This document shows, piece after piece, positions 23,850 to 37,750 of a stretch of DNA of 64,000 nucleotides. Location of the stretch: positions 1 to 64,000 of the forward strand of contig CAXHJY010001426.1 in the NCBI GenBank assembly GCA_964016885.1. The letters run 5' to 3'. Position numbers and translations under genes: made by a program. Each line of letters starts with the position of its first letter. The stretch's first letter is position 1. The notes beneath the pieces were generated by a model. The model ran no database searches. It saw only the letters and a program-made list of their open reading frames with translations, and was not told the origin of the DNA. This DNA comes from Eledone cirrhosa. Its lineage: Eukaryota.

Positions 23850-25030
23850 CAGGGGGAGATAATTTGTAAAAAAAATCAAGGGGAGATAATTTCCAGCCGT
23901 CCAAGGGGAGGTAATATCTAGCCGTCCAAGGGGAGATAATTTCCAGCCGTCCAAGGGGAGATAATTTCCAGCCGTCCAAGGGTAGATAATATCCAGCCGT
24001 CCAAGGACATATTTTCCAGCCGTCCAAGGAGAGGTAATTTCTAGCCGTCCAAGGGGAGATAAATTCCAGCCTCCAAGGGGAGATAATTTCCAGCCAGCCA
24101 AGGGGAGATAATTTGTAAAAAAAATCAGGGGGAGATAATTTGTAAAAAAAAATCAGGGGGAGATAATTTGTAAAAAAAAATCAGGGGGAGATAATTTGTA
24201 TAAAAAATCAAGGGGAGATAATTTCCAGCCGTCCAAGGGGAGATAATTTTCAGCCGTCCAAGGGGAGATAATTTCCCGCCAGCCAAGGGAAGATAATATT
24301 TAAAAAAATTAGGCGGAGATAATTTGTAAAAAAAATCAGGGGGAGATAATTTGTAAAAAAATCAGGTGGAGATAATTTGTAAAAAAAATAAGGGGGAGAT
24401 AATTTGTAAAAAAAATCAAGGGGAGATAATTTCCAGCCGTCCAAGGGGAGGTAATATCTAGCCGTCCAAGGGGAGATAATTTCCAGCCGTCCAAGGGGAG
24501 ATAATTTCCAGCCGTCCAAGGGTAGATAATATCCAGCCGTCCAAGGACATATTTTCCAGCCGTCCAAGGAGAGGTAATTTCTAGCCGTCCAAGGGGAGAT
24601 AAATTCCAGCCTCCAAGGGGAGATAATTTCCAGCCAGCCAAGGGGAGATAATTTGTAAAAAAAATCAGGGGGAGATAATTTGTAAAAAAAAATCAGGGGG
24701 AGATAATTTGTAAAAAAAAATCAGGGGGAGATAATTTGTATAAAAAATCAAGGGGAGATAATTTCCAGCCGTCCAAGGGGAGATAATTTTCAGCCGTCCA
24801 AGGGGAGATAATTTCCCGCCAGCCAAGGGAAGATAATATTTAAAAAAATTAGGCGGAGATAATTTGTAAAAAAAATCAGGGGGAGATAATTTGTAAAAAA
24901 ATCAGGTGGAGATAATTTGTAAAAAAAATCAGGGGGAGATAATTTGTAAAAAAAATCAAGGGGAGATAATTTCCAGCCGTCCAAGGGGAGGTAATATCTA
25001 GCCGTCCAAGGGGAGATAATTTCCAGCCGT
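23850..25030 (+). repeat. 540 bp higher-order tandem duplication (also present in the distal copy at about 55770-56950)
   Basis: ORF ends 24101/24641 and ORF starts 24250/24790. Rare variants TTGTATAAAAAATC (about 24196/24736) and CAGGTGG (24363/24903). Confidence 0.85.
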
Positions 25031-28000
25031 CCAAGGAGAGATAATTTTCAGCCGTCCAAGGAGAGGTAATTTCTAGCCGTCCAAGGAGAGATAATTTCCA
25101 GCCGTCCAAGGGGAGATAATTTCCAGCCGTCCAAGGGGAGATAATTTCCAGCCCTCCAACGAGACATATTTTCCAGCCGTCCAAGGAGAGGTAATTACTA
25201 GCCGTCCAAGGAGAGATAATTTCCAGCCGTCCAAGGGGAGATAAATTCCAGCCTCCAAGGGGAGATAATTTCCAGCCAGCCAAGGGGAGATAATTTGTAA
25301 AAAAATCAGGGGGAGATAATTTGTAAAAAAAATCAGGGGGAGATAATTTGTAAAAAAAAATCAGGGAAAGATAATTTGTAAAAAATAATCAGGGGGAGAT
25401 AATTTTTAAAAAAAATCAAGGGGAGATAATTTCCAGCCGTCCAAGGGGAGATAATTTTCAGCCGTCCAAGGGGAGATAATTTCCCGCCAGCCAAGGGAAG
25501 ATAATATTTAAAAAAATCAGGCGGAGATAATTTGTAAAAAAAATCAGGGGGAGATAATTTGTAAAAAAATCAGGGGGAGATAATTTGTAAAAAAAAAATC
25601 AGGGGGAGATAATTTGTAAAAAAAATCATGGGGAGATAATTTCCAGCCGTCCAAGGGGAGGTAATATCTAGCCGTCCAAGGGGAGATAATTTCCAGCCGT
25701 CCAAGGGGAGATAATTTCCACCCGTCCAAGTGTAGATAATATCCAGCCGTCCAAGGAGAAATATTTTCCAGCCGTCCAAGGAGAGGTAATTTCTAGCCGT
25801 CCAAGGGGAGATAAATTCCAGCCTCCAAGGGGAGATAATTTCCAGCCAGCCAAGGGGAGATAATTTGTAAAAAAATCAGGGGGAGATAATTTGTAAAAAA
25901 AATCAGGCGCAGATAATTTGTAAAAAAAAATCAGGGGGAGATAATTTGTAAAAAAAAATCAGGGGGAGATAATTTGTAAAAAAAAATCAGGGGGAGATAA
26001 TTTGTAAAAAAAATCAAGGGGAGATAATTTCCAGCCGTCCAAGGGGAGATAATTTTCAGCCGTCCAAGGGGAGATAATTTCCCGCCAGCCAAGGGAAGAT
26101 AATATTTAAAAAAATCAGGCGGAGATAATTTGTAAAAAAAATCAGGGGGAGATAATTTGTAAAAAAATCAGGGGGAGATAATTTGTAAAAAAAAATCAGG
26201 GGGAGATAATTTGTAAAAAAAATCAGGGGGAGATAATTTGTAAAAAAATCAAGGGGAGATAATTTCCAGCCGTCCAAGGGGAGATAATTTTTTTAAAAAT
26301 CAGGTGGAGATAATTTGTAAAAAAAATCAGCGGGAGATAATTTGTAAAAACAAAATCAAGGGCAGATAATTTCCAGCTGTCCAAGGGGAGATAATTTCCA
26401 GCCGTCCAAGGGGAGATAATTTCCAGCCGTCCAAGGGGAGATAATTTCCATCCTTCCAAGGGGATATAATTTCCAGCCGTCCAAGGGGAGATAATTTCCC
26501 GCCAGCCAAGGGAAGATAATTTTTAAAAAAATCAGGCGGAGATTGTAAAAAAAATCAGGGGGGAGATAATTTGTAAAAAAATCAGGGGGAAATAATTTGT
26601 AAAAAAAAATCAGGGGGAGATAATTTGTAAAAAAAATCAGGGGGAGATAATTTGTAAAAAAAAATCAGGGGGAGATAATTTGTAAAAAAAATTAGGCGTA
26701 GATAATTTGTAAAAAAAAATCAGGGGGAGATAATTTGTAAAAAAAAATCAGGGGGAGATAATTTGTTAAAAAATCAAGGGGAGATAATTTGCAGCCGTCC
26801 AAGGGGAGATAATTTTCAGCCGTCCAAGGAGAGGTAATTTCTAGCCGTCCAAGGGGAGATAATTTCCAGCCGTCCAAGGGGAGATAATTTCCAGCCGTTC
26901 AAGGGGAGATAATTTTTAAAAAAAAATCAGGCGGAGATAATTTGTAAAAAAAAATCAGGGGGAGATAAATTGTAAAAAAAATCAAGGGGAGATAATTTCC
27001 AGCCGTCCAAGGGGAGGTAATATCTAGCCGTCCAAGGGGAGATAATTTCCAGCCGTCCAAGGGGAGATAATTTCCAGCCGTCCAAGGGGAGATAATTTCC
27101 AGCCGTCCAAGGAGACATATTTTCCAGCCGTCCAAGGCGAGGTAATTTCTAGCTGTCCAAGTGGAGATAAATTCCAGCCTCCAAGGGGAGATAATTTCCA
27201 GCCAGCCAAGGGGAGATAATTTCTAAAAAAATCAGGGGGAGATAATTTGTAAAAAATATCAGGGGGAGATAATTTGTAAAAAAAATCAGGGGGAGATAAT
27301 TTGTAAAAAAAAATCAGGGGGAGATAATTTGTAAAAAAAAATCAGGGGGAGATAATTTGTAAAAAAAATCAAGGTGAGATAATTTCCAGCCGTCCAAGGG
27401 GAGATAATTTTCAGCCGTCCAAGGGGAGATAATTTCCCGCCAGCCAAGGGAAGATAATATTTAAAAAAATTAGGCGGAGATAATTTGTAAAAAAAATCAG
27501 GGGGAGATAATTTGTAAAAAAAATCAAGGGGAGATAATTTCCAGCCGTCCAAGGGGAGGTAATATCTAGCCGTCCAAGGGGAGATAATTTCCAGCCGTCC
27601 AAGGAGAGATAATTTTCAGCCGTCCAAGGAGAGGTAATTTCTAGCCGTCCAAGGAGAGATAATTTCCAGCCGTCCAAGGGGAGATAATTTCCAGCCGTCC
27701 AAGGGGAGATAATTTCCAGCCCTCCAACGAGACATATTTTCCAGCCGTCCAAGGAGAGGTAATTACTAGCCGTCCAAGGAGAGATAATTTCCAGCCGTCC
27801 AAGGGGAGATAAATTCCAGCCTCCAAGGGGAGATAATTTCCAGCCAGCCAAGGGGAGATAATTTGTAAAAATATCAGGGGGAGATAATTTGTAAAAAAAA
27901 TCAGGGGGAGATAATTTGTAAAAAAAAATCAGGGAAAGATAATTTGTAAAAAATAATCAGGGGGAGATAATTTGTAAAAAAAATCAAGGGGAGATAATTT

Positions 28001-29960
28001 CCAGCCGTCCAAGGGGAGATAATTTTCAGCCGTCCAAGGGGAGATAATTTCCCGCCAGCCAAGGGAAGATAATATTTAAAAAAATCAGGCGGAGATAATT
28101 TGTAAAAAAAATCAGGGGGAGATAATTTGTAAAAAAATCAGGGGGAGATAATTTGTAAAAAAAAAATCAGGGGGAGATAATTTGTAAAAAAAATCATGGG
28201 GAGATAATTTCCAGCCGTCCAAGGGGAGGTAATATCTAGCCGTCCAAGGGGAGATAATTTCCAGCCGTCCAAGGGGAGATAATTTCCACCCGTCCAAGTG
28301 TAGATAATATCCAGGCGTCCAAGGAGAAATAATTTCCAGCCGTCCAAGGAGAGGTAATTTCTAGCCGTCCAAGGGGAGATAAATTCCAGCCTCCAAGTGG
28401 AGATAATTTCCAGCCAGCCAAGGGGAGATAATTTGTAAAAAAATCAGGGGGAGATAATTTGTAAAAAAAATCAGGGGCAGATAATTTGTAAAAAAAAATC
28501 AGGGGGAGATAATTTGTAAAAAAAAATCAGGGGGAGATAATTTGTAAAAAAAAATCAGGGGGAGATAATTTGTAAAAAAAATCAAGGGGAGATAATTTCC
28601 AGCCGTCCAAGGGGAGATAATTTTCAGCCGTCCAAGGGGAGATAATTTCCCGCCAGCCAAGGGAAGATAATATTTAAAAAAATCAGGCGGAGATAATTTG
28701 TAAAAAAAATCAGGGGGAGATAATTTGTAAAAAAATCAGGGGGAGATAATTTGTAAAAAAAAATCAGGGGGAGATAATTTGTAAAAAAAATCAGGGGGAG
28801 ATAATTTGTAAAAAAATCAAGGGGAGATAATTTCCAGCCGTCCAAGGGGAGATAATTTTTTAAAAAATCAGGTGGAGATAATTTGTAAAAAAAATCAGGG
28901 GGAGATAATTTGTAAAAACAAAATCAAGGGCAGATAATTTCCAGCTGTCCAAGGGGAGATAATTTCCAGCCGTCCAAGGGGAGATAATTTCCAGCCGTCC
29001 AAGGGGAGATAATTTCCCTCCTTCCAAGGGGATATAATTTCCAGCCGTCCAAGGGGAGATAATTTCCCGCCAGCCAAGGGAAGATAATTTTTAAAAATAT
29101 CAGGCGGAGATTGTAAAAAAAATCAGGGGGGAGATAATTTGTAAAAAAATCAGGGGGAAATAATTTGTAAAAAAAAATCAGGGGGAGATAATTTGTAAAA
29201 AAAATCAGGGGGAGATAATTTGTAAAAAAAAATCAGGGGGAGATAATTTGTAAAAAAAATTAGGCGTAGATAATTTGTAAAAAAAAATCAGGGGGAGATA
29301 ATTTGTAAAAAAAAATCAGGGGGAGATAATTTGTTAAAAAATCAAGGGGAGATAATTTGCAGCCGTCCAAGGGGAGATAATTTTCAGCCGTCCAAGGAGA
29401 GGTAATTTCTAGCCGTCCAAGGGGAGATAATTTCCAGACGTCCAAGGGGAGATAATTTCCAGCCGTTCAAGGGGAGATAATTTTTAAAAAAAAATCAGGC
29501 GGAGATAATTTGTAAAAAAAAATCAGGGGGAGATAAATTGTAAAAAAAATCAAGGGGAGATAATTTCCAGCCGTCCAAGGGGAGGTAATATCTAGCCGTC
29601 CAAGGGGAGATAATTTCCAGCCGTCCAAGGGGAGATAATTTCCAGCCGTCCAAGGGGAGATAATTTCCAGCCGTCCAAGGAGACATATTTTCCAGCCGTC
29701 CAAGGCGAGGTAATTTCTAGCCGTCCAAGGGGAGATAAATTCCAGCCTCCAAGGGGAGATAATTTCCAGCCAGCCAAGGGGAGATAATTTGTAAAAAAAT
29801 CAGGGGGAGATAATTTGTAAAAAATATCAGGGGGAGATAATTTGTAAAAAAAATCAGGGGGAGATAATTTGTAAAAAAAAATCAGGGGGAGATAATTTGT
29901 AAAAAAAAATCAGGGGGAGATAATTTGTAAAAAAAATCAAGGGGAGATAATTTCCAGCCG
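24920..29960 (+). repeat. 2568 bp higher-order tandem duplication (also present in the distal copy at about 56840-61880)
   Basis: Constant ORF offset of 2568 (25073/27641, 25544/28112, 26056/28624, 26692/29260, 27024/29592). Shared CCCTCCAACGAGAC, TCATGGGG and AAGTGTAGAT variants. Confidence 0.88.
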
Positions 29961-32900
29961 TCCAAGGGGAGATAATTTTCAGCTGTCCAAGGAGAGGTAA
30001 TTTCTAGTCGTCCGAGGAGAGATAATTTCCAGCCGTCCAAGGGGAGATAATTTCCAGCCGTCCAAGGGGAGATAATTTCCAGCCGTCCAAGGAGACATAT
30101 TTTCCAGCAGTCCAAGGAGAGGTAATTTCTAACCGTCCAAGGGGAGATAAATTCCAGCCTCCAAGGGGAGATAATTTCCAGCCAGCCAAGGGGAGATAAT
30201 TTGTAAAAAAAATCAGAGGGAGATAATTTGTAAAAAAAAATCAGGGGGAGATAATTTGTAAAAAATAGTCAGGGGGAGATAATTTGTAAAAAAATCAAGG
30301 GGAGATAATTTCCAGCCGTCCAAGGGGAGATAATTTTCAGCCGTCCAAGGGGAGATAATTTCCCGCCAGCCAAGGGAAGATAATATTTAAAAAAATTAGG
30401 CGGATATAATTTGTAAAAAAATCGGGGGGAGATAATTTGTAAAAAAATCAGGGGGAGATAATTTGTAAAAAAAATCAGGGGGAGATAATTTGTAAAAAAA
30501 ATCAGGGGGAGATAATTTGTAAAAAAAAATCAGGGGTAGATAATTGGTAAAAAAAAATCAGGAGGCGATAATTTGTAAAAAAAAATCAGGGAGAGATAAT
30601 TTGTAAAAAAAAATCAGGGGGAGATAATTTGTAAAAAAAAATCAGGGGTAGATAATTTGTAAAAAAAAATCAGGGGGAGATAATTTGTAAAAAAAATCAA
30701 GGGGAGATAATTTCCAGCCGTCCAAGGGGAGGTAATATCTAGCCGTCCAAGGGGAGATAATTTCCAGCCGTCCAAGGGGAGATAATTTCCACCCGTCCAA
30801 GGGTAGATAATATCCAGCCGTCCAAGGAGAAATATTTTCCAGCCGTCCAAGGAGAGGTAATTTCTAGCCGTCCAAAGGGAGATAAATTCCAGCCTCCAAG
30901 GGGAGATAATTTCCAGCCAGCCAAGGGGAGATAATTTGTAAAAAAATCAGGGGGAGATAATTTGTTAAAAAAATCAGGGGCAGATAATTTGTAAAAAAAA
31001 ATCAGGTGGAGATAATTTGTAAAAAAAAATCAGGGGGAGATAATTTGTAAAAAAAATCAGGGGGAGATAATTTGTAAAAAAAATCAAGGGGAGATAATTT
31101 CCAGCCGTCCAAGGGGAGATAATTTTCAGCTGTCCAAGGAGAGGTAATTTCTAGTCGTCCGAGGAGAGATAATTTCCAGCCGTCCAAGGGGAGATAATTT
31201 CCAGCCGTCCAAGGGGAGATAATTTCCAGCCGTCCAAGGAGACATATTTTCCAGCAGTCCAAGGAGAGGTAATTTCTAACCGTCCAAGGGGAGATAAATT
31301 CCAGCCTCCAAGGGGAGATAATTTCCAGCCAGCCAAGGGGAGATAATTTGTAAAAAAAATCAGAGGGAGATAATTTGTAAAAAAAAATCAGGGGGAGATA
31401 ATTTGTAAAAAATAATCAGCGGGAGATAATTTGTAAAAAAATCAAGGGGAGATAATTTCCAGCCGTCCAAGGGGAGATAATTTTCAGCCGTCCAAGGGGA
31501 GATAATTTCCCGCCAGCCAAGGGAAGATAATATTTAAAAAAATTAGGCGGATATAATTTGTAAAAAAAATCGGGGGGAGATAATTTGTAAAAAAATCAGG
31601 GGGAGATAATTTGTAAAAAAAATCAGGGGGAGATAATTTGTAAAAAAAAATCAGGGGGAGATAATTTGTAAAAAAAATCAAGGGGAGATAATTTCCAGCC
31701 GTCCAAGGGGAGGTAATATCTAGCCGTCCAAGGGGAGATAATTTCCAGCCGTCTAAGGGGAGATAATTTCCACCCGTCCAAGGGTAGATAATATCCAGCC
31801 GTCCAAGGAGAAATATTTTCCAGTCGTCCAAGGAGAGGTAATTTCTAGCCGTCCAAGGGGAGATAAATTCCAGCCTCCAAGGGGAGATAATTTCCAGCCA
31901 GCCAAGGGGAGATAATTTGTAAAAAAATCAGGGGGAGATAATTTGTAAAAAAAATCAGGGGCAGATAATTTGTAAAAAAAAATCAGGGGGAGATAATTTG
32001 TAAAAAAAAATCAGGGGGAGATAATTTGTAAAAAAAATCAGGGGGAGATAATTTCCAGCCGTCCAAGGGGAGATAATTTTCAGCCGTCCAAGGGGAGATA
32101 ATTTCCCGCCAGCCAAGGGAAGATAATATTTAAAAAAATCAGGCGGAGATAATTTGTAAAAAAAATCAGGGGGAGATAATTTGTAAAAAAATCAGGGGGA
32201 GATAATTTGTAACAAAAAATCAGGGGGAGATAATTTGTAAAAAAAATCAGGGGGAGATAATTTGTAAAAAAATCAAGGGGAGATAATTTTCAGCCGTCCA
32301 AGGGGAGATAATTTTTGAAAAAATCAGGTGGAGATAATTTGTAAAAAAAATCAGGGGGAGATAATTTGTAAAAACAAAATCAAGGGCAGATAATTTCCAG
32401 CTGTCCAAGGGGAGATAATTTCCAGCCGTCCAAGGGGAGATAATTTCCAGCCGTCCAAGGGGAGATAATTTCCATCCTTCCAAGGGGATATAATTTCCAG
32501 CCGTCCAAGGGGAGATAATTTCCCGCCAGCCAAGGGAAGATAATTTTTAAAAAAATCAGGCGGAGATTGTAAAAAAAATCAGGGGGAGATAATTTGTAAA
32601 AAAATCAGGGGGAGATAATTTTAAAAAAAAAATCAGGGGGAGATAATTTGTAAAAAAAAATCAGGGGGAGATAATTTGTTAAAAAATCAAGGGGAGATAA
32701 TTTGCAGCCGTCCAAGGGGAGATAATTTTCAGCCGTCCAAGGAGAGGTAATTTCTAGCCGTCCAAGGGGAGATAATTTCCAGCCGTCCAAGGGGAGATAA
32801 TTTCCAGCCGTTCAAGGGGAGATAATTTTTTTTAAAAAATCAGGCAGAGATAATTTGTAAAAAAAAATCGGGGGGAGATAATTCGTAAAAAAAAATCAGG

Positions 32901-33889
32901 GGGAGATAATTTGTAAAAAAAAATCAGGGGGAGATAATTTGTAAAAAAAATCAAGGGGAGATAATTTCCAGCCGTCCAAGGGGAGGTAATATCTAGCCGT
33001 CCAAGGGGAGATAATTTCCAGCCGTCCAAGGGGAGGTAATATCTAGCCGTCCAAGGGGAGATAATTTCCAGCCGTCCAAGGGGAGATAATTTCCAGCCGT
33101 CCAAGGGGAGATAATTTCCAGCCGTCCAAGGAGACATATTTTCCAGCCGTCCAAGGCGAGGTAATTTCTAGCCGTCTAAGGGGAGATAAATTCCAGCCTC
33201 CAAGGGGAGATAATTTCCAGCCAGCCAAGGGGAGATAATTTGTAAAAAAATCAGGGGGAGATAATTTGTAAAAAATATCAGGGGGAGATAATTTGTAAAA
33301 AAAAATCAGGGGGAGATAATTTGTAAAAAAAAATCAGGGGGAGATAATTTGTAAAAAAAAATCAGGGGGAGATAATTTGTAAAAAAAATCAAGTGGAGAT
33401 AATTTCCAGCCGTCCAAGGGGAGATAATTTTCAGCTGTCCAAGGAGAGGTAATTTCTAGCCGTCCGAGGAGAGATAATTTCCAGCCGTCCAAGGGGAGAT
33501 AATTTCCAGCCGTCCAAGGAGACATATTTTCCAGCCGTCCAAGGAGAGGTAATTTCTAACCGTCCAAGGGGAGATAAATTCCAGCCTCCAAGGGGAGATA
33601 ATTTCCAGCCAGCCAAGGGGAGATAATTTGTAAAAAAATCAGGGGGAGATAATTTGTAAAAAAAATCAGGGGGAGATAATTTGTAAAAAAAAATCAGGGG
33701 GAGATAATTTGTAAAAAATAATCAGGGGGAGATAATTTGTAAAAAAATCAAGGGGAGATAATTTGTAAAAAAAAATCAGGGGGAGATAATTTGTAAAAAA
33801 AAATCAGGGGGAGATAATTTGTAAAAAAAATCAGGGAGAGCTAATTTGTAAAAAAAAATCAGGGGTAGATAATTTGTAAAAAAAAATCA

Positions 33890-36800
33890 GGGGGAGATAA
33901 TTTGTAAAAAAAAATCAGGGGGAGATAATTTGTAAAAAAAAATCAGGGGGAGATAATTTGTAAAAAAAATCAAGGGGAGATAATTTCCAGCCGTCCAAGG
34001 GGAGGTAATATCTAGCCGTCCAAGGGGAGATAATTTCCAGCCGTCCAAGGGGAGATAATTTCCAGCCGTCCAAGGGTAGATAATATCCAGCCGTCCAAGG
34101 ACATATTTTCCAGCCGTCCAAGGAGAGGTAATTTCTAGCCGTCCAAGGGGAGATAAATTCCAGCCTCCAAGGGGAGATAATTTCCAGCCAGCCAAGGGGA
34201 GATAATTTGTAAAAAAATCAGGGGGAGATAATTTGTAAAAAAAATCAGGGGGAGATAATTTGTAAAAAAAAATCAGGGGGAGATAATTTGTAAAAAAAAT
34301 CAAGGGGAGATAATTTCCAGCCGTCCAAGGGGAGATAATTTTCAGCCGTCCAAGGGGAGATAATTTCCCGCCAGCCAAGGGAAGATAATATTTAAAAAAA
34401 TTAGGCGGAGATAATTTGTAAAAAAAATCAGGGGGAGATAATTTGTAAAAAAATCAGGGGGAGATAATTTGTAAAAAAATCAAGGGGAGATAATTTCCAG
34501 CCGTCCAAGGGGAGGTAATATCTAGCCGTCCAAGGGGAGATAATTTCCAGCCGTCCAAGGGGAGATAATTTCCAGCCGTCCAAGGGTAGATAATATCCAG
34601 CCGTCCAAGGAGACATATTTTCCAGCCGTCCAAGGAGAGGTAATTTCTAGCCGTCCAAGGGGAGATAAATTCCAGCCTCCAAGGGGAGATAATTTCCAGC
34701 CAGCCAAGGGGAGATAATTTGTAAAAAAATCAGGGGGAGATAATTTGTAAAAAAAATCAGGGTGAGATAATTTGTAAAAAAAAATCAGGGGGAGATAATT
34801 TGTAAAAAAAAATCAGGGGGAGATAATTTGTAAAAAAAAATCAGGGGGAGATAATTTGTAAAAAAAATCAAGGGGAGATAATTTCCAGCCGTCCAAGGGG
34901 AGATAATTTTCAGCCGTCCAAGGGGAGATAATTTCCCGCCAGCCAAGGGAAGATAATATTTAAAAAAATCAGGCGGAGATAATTTGTAAAAAAAATCAGG
35001 GGGAGATAATTTGTAAAAAAATCAAGGGGAGATAATTTCCAGCCGTCCAAGGGGAGATAATTTTTTTAAAAATCAGGTGGAGATAATTTGTAAAAAAAAT
35101 CAGGGGGAGATAATTTGTAAAAACAAAATCAAGGGCAGATAATTTCCAGCCGTCCAAGGGGAGATAATTTCCAGCCGTCCAAGGGGAGATAATTTCCATC
35201 CTTCCAAGGGGATATAATTTCCAGCCGTCCAAGGGGAGATAATTTCCCGCCAGCCAAGGGAAGATAATTATTAAAAAAATCAGGCGGAGATTGTAAAAAA
35301 AATCAGGGGGGAGATAATTTGTAAAAAAATCAGGGGGAAATAATTTGTAAAAAAAAATCAGGGGGAGATAATTTGTAAAAAAAATCAGGGGGAGATAATT
35401 TGTAAAAAAAAATCAGGGGGAGATAATTTGTAAAAAAATTAGGCGTAGATAATTTGTAAAAAAAAATCAGGGGGAGATAATTTGTAAAAAAAAATCAGGG
35501 GGAGATAATTTGTTAAAAAATCAAGGGGAGATAATTTGCAGCCGTCCAAGGGGAGATAATTTTCAGCCGTCCAAGGAGAGGTAATTTCTAGCCGTCCAAG
35601 GGGAGATAATTTCCAGCCGTCCAAGGGGAGATAATTTCCAGCCGTTCAAGGGGAGATAATTTTTAAAAAAAAATCAGGCGGAGATAATTTGTAAAAAAAA
35701 ATCAGGGGGAGATAATTCGTAAAAAAAAATCAGGGGGAGATAATTTGTAAAAAAAAATCAGGGGGAGATAAATTGTAAAAAAAATCAAGGGGAGATAATT
35801 TCCAGCCGTCCAAGGGGAGGTAATATCTAGCCGTCCAAGGGGAGATAATTTCCAGCCGTCCAAGGGGAGATAATTTCCAGCCGTCCAAGGGTAGATAATA
35901 TCCAGCCGTCCAAGGACATATTTTCCAGCCGTCCAAGGAGAGGTAATTTCTAGCCGTCCAAGGGGAGATAAATTCCAGCCTCCAAGGGGAGATAATTTCC
36001 AGCCAGCCAAGGGGAGATAATTTGTAAAAAAAATCAGGGGGAGATAATTTGTAAAAAAAATCAGGGGGAGATAATTTGTAAAAAAAAATCAGGGGGAGAT
36101 AATTTGTAAAAAAAATCAAGGGGAGATAATTTCCAGCCGTCCAAGGGGAGATAATTTTCAGCCGTCCAAGGGGAGATAATTTCCCGCCAGCCAAGGGAAG
36201 ATAATATTTAAAAAAATTAGGCGGAGATAATTTGTAAAAAAAATCAGGGGGAGATAATTTGTAAAAAAATCAGGGGGAGATAATTTGTAAAAAAATCAAG
36301 GGGAGATAATTTCCAGCCGTCCAAGGGGAGGTAATATCTAGCCGTCCAAGGGGAGATAATTTCCAGCCGTCCAAGGGGAGATAATTTCCAGCCGTCCAAG
36401 GGTAGATAATATCCAGCCGTCCAAGGAGACATATTTTCCAGCCGTCCAAGGAGAGGTAATTTCTAGCCGTCCAAGGGGAGATAAATTCCAGCCTCCAAGG
36501 GGAGATAATTTCCAGCTAGCCAAGGGGAGATAATTTGTAAAAAAATCAGGGGGAGATAATTTGTAAAAAAAATCAGGGTGAGATAATTTGTAAAAAAAAA
36601 TCAGGGGGAGATAATTTGTAAAAAAAAATCAGGGGGAGATAATTTGTAAAAAAAAATCAGGGGGAGATAATTTGTAAAAAAAATCAAGGGGAGATAATTT
36701 CCAGCCGTCCAAGGGGAGATAATTTTCAGCCGTCCAAGGGGAGATAATTTCCCGCCAGCCAAGGGAAGATAATATTTAAAAAAATCAGGCGGAGATAATT

Positions 36801-37750
36801 TGTAAAAAAAATCAGGGGGAGATAATTTGTAAAAAAATCAGGGGGAGATAATTTGTAAAAAAAATCAGGGGGAGATAATTTGTAAAAAAAATCAGGGGGA
36901 GATAATTTGTAAAAAAATCAAGGGGAGATAATTTCCAGCCGTCCAAGGGGAGATAATTTTTTTAAAAATCAGGTGAAGATAATTTGTAAAAAAAATCAGG
37001 GGGAGATAATTTGTAAAAACAAAATCAAGGGCAGATAATTTCCAGCTGTCCAAGGGGAGATAATTTCCAGCCGTCCAAGGGGAGATAATTTCCAGCCGTC
37101 CAAGGGGAGATAATTTCCATCCTTCCAAGGGGATATAATTTCCAGCCGTCCAAGGGGAGATAATTTCCCGCCAGCCAAGGGAAGATAATTTTTAAAAAAA
37201 TCAGGCGGAGATTGTAAAAAAAATCAGGGGGGAGATAATTTGTAAAAAAATCAGGGGGAAATAATTTGTAAAAAAAAATCAGGTGGAGATAATTTGTAAA
37301 AAAAATCAGGGGGAGATAATTTGTAAAAAAAAATCAGGGGGAGATAATTTGTAAAAAAAATTAGGCGTAGATAATTTGTAAAAAAAAATCAGGGGGAGAT
37401 AATTTGTAAAAAAAAATCAGGGGGAGATAATTTGTTAAAAAATCAAGGGGAGATAATTTGCAGCCGTCCAAGGGGAGATAATTTTCAGCCGTCCAAGGAG
37501 AGGTAATTTCTAGCCGTCCAAGGGGAGATAATTTCCAGCCGTCCAAGGGGAGATAATTTCCAGCCGTTCAAGGGAGATAATTTTTAAAAAAAAATCAGGC
37601 GGAGATAATTTGTAAAAAAAAATCAGGGGGAGATAATTCGTAAAAAAAATCAGGGGGAGATAATTTGTAAAAAAAAATCAGGGGGAGATAAATTGTAAAA
37701 AAAATCAAGGGGAGATAATTTCCAGCCGTCCAAGGGGAGGTAATATCTAG
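33890..37750 (+). repeat. About 1.8-1.9 kb higher-order tandem duplication
   Basis: ORF offsets 1815-1816 (33887/35702, 34428/36244, 34522/36338) drifting to 1896-1922 (34996/36892, 35439/37361). CAGGGTGAGA at 34758/36574. Confidence 0.75.
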
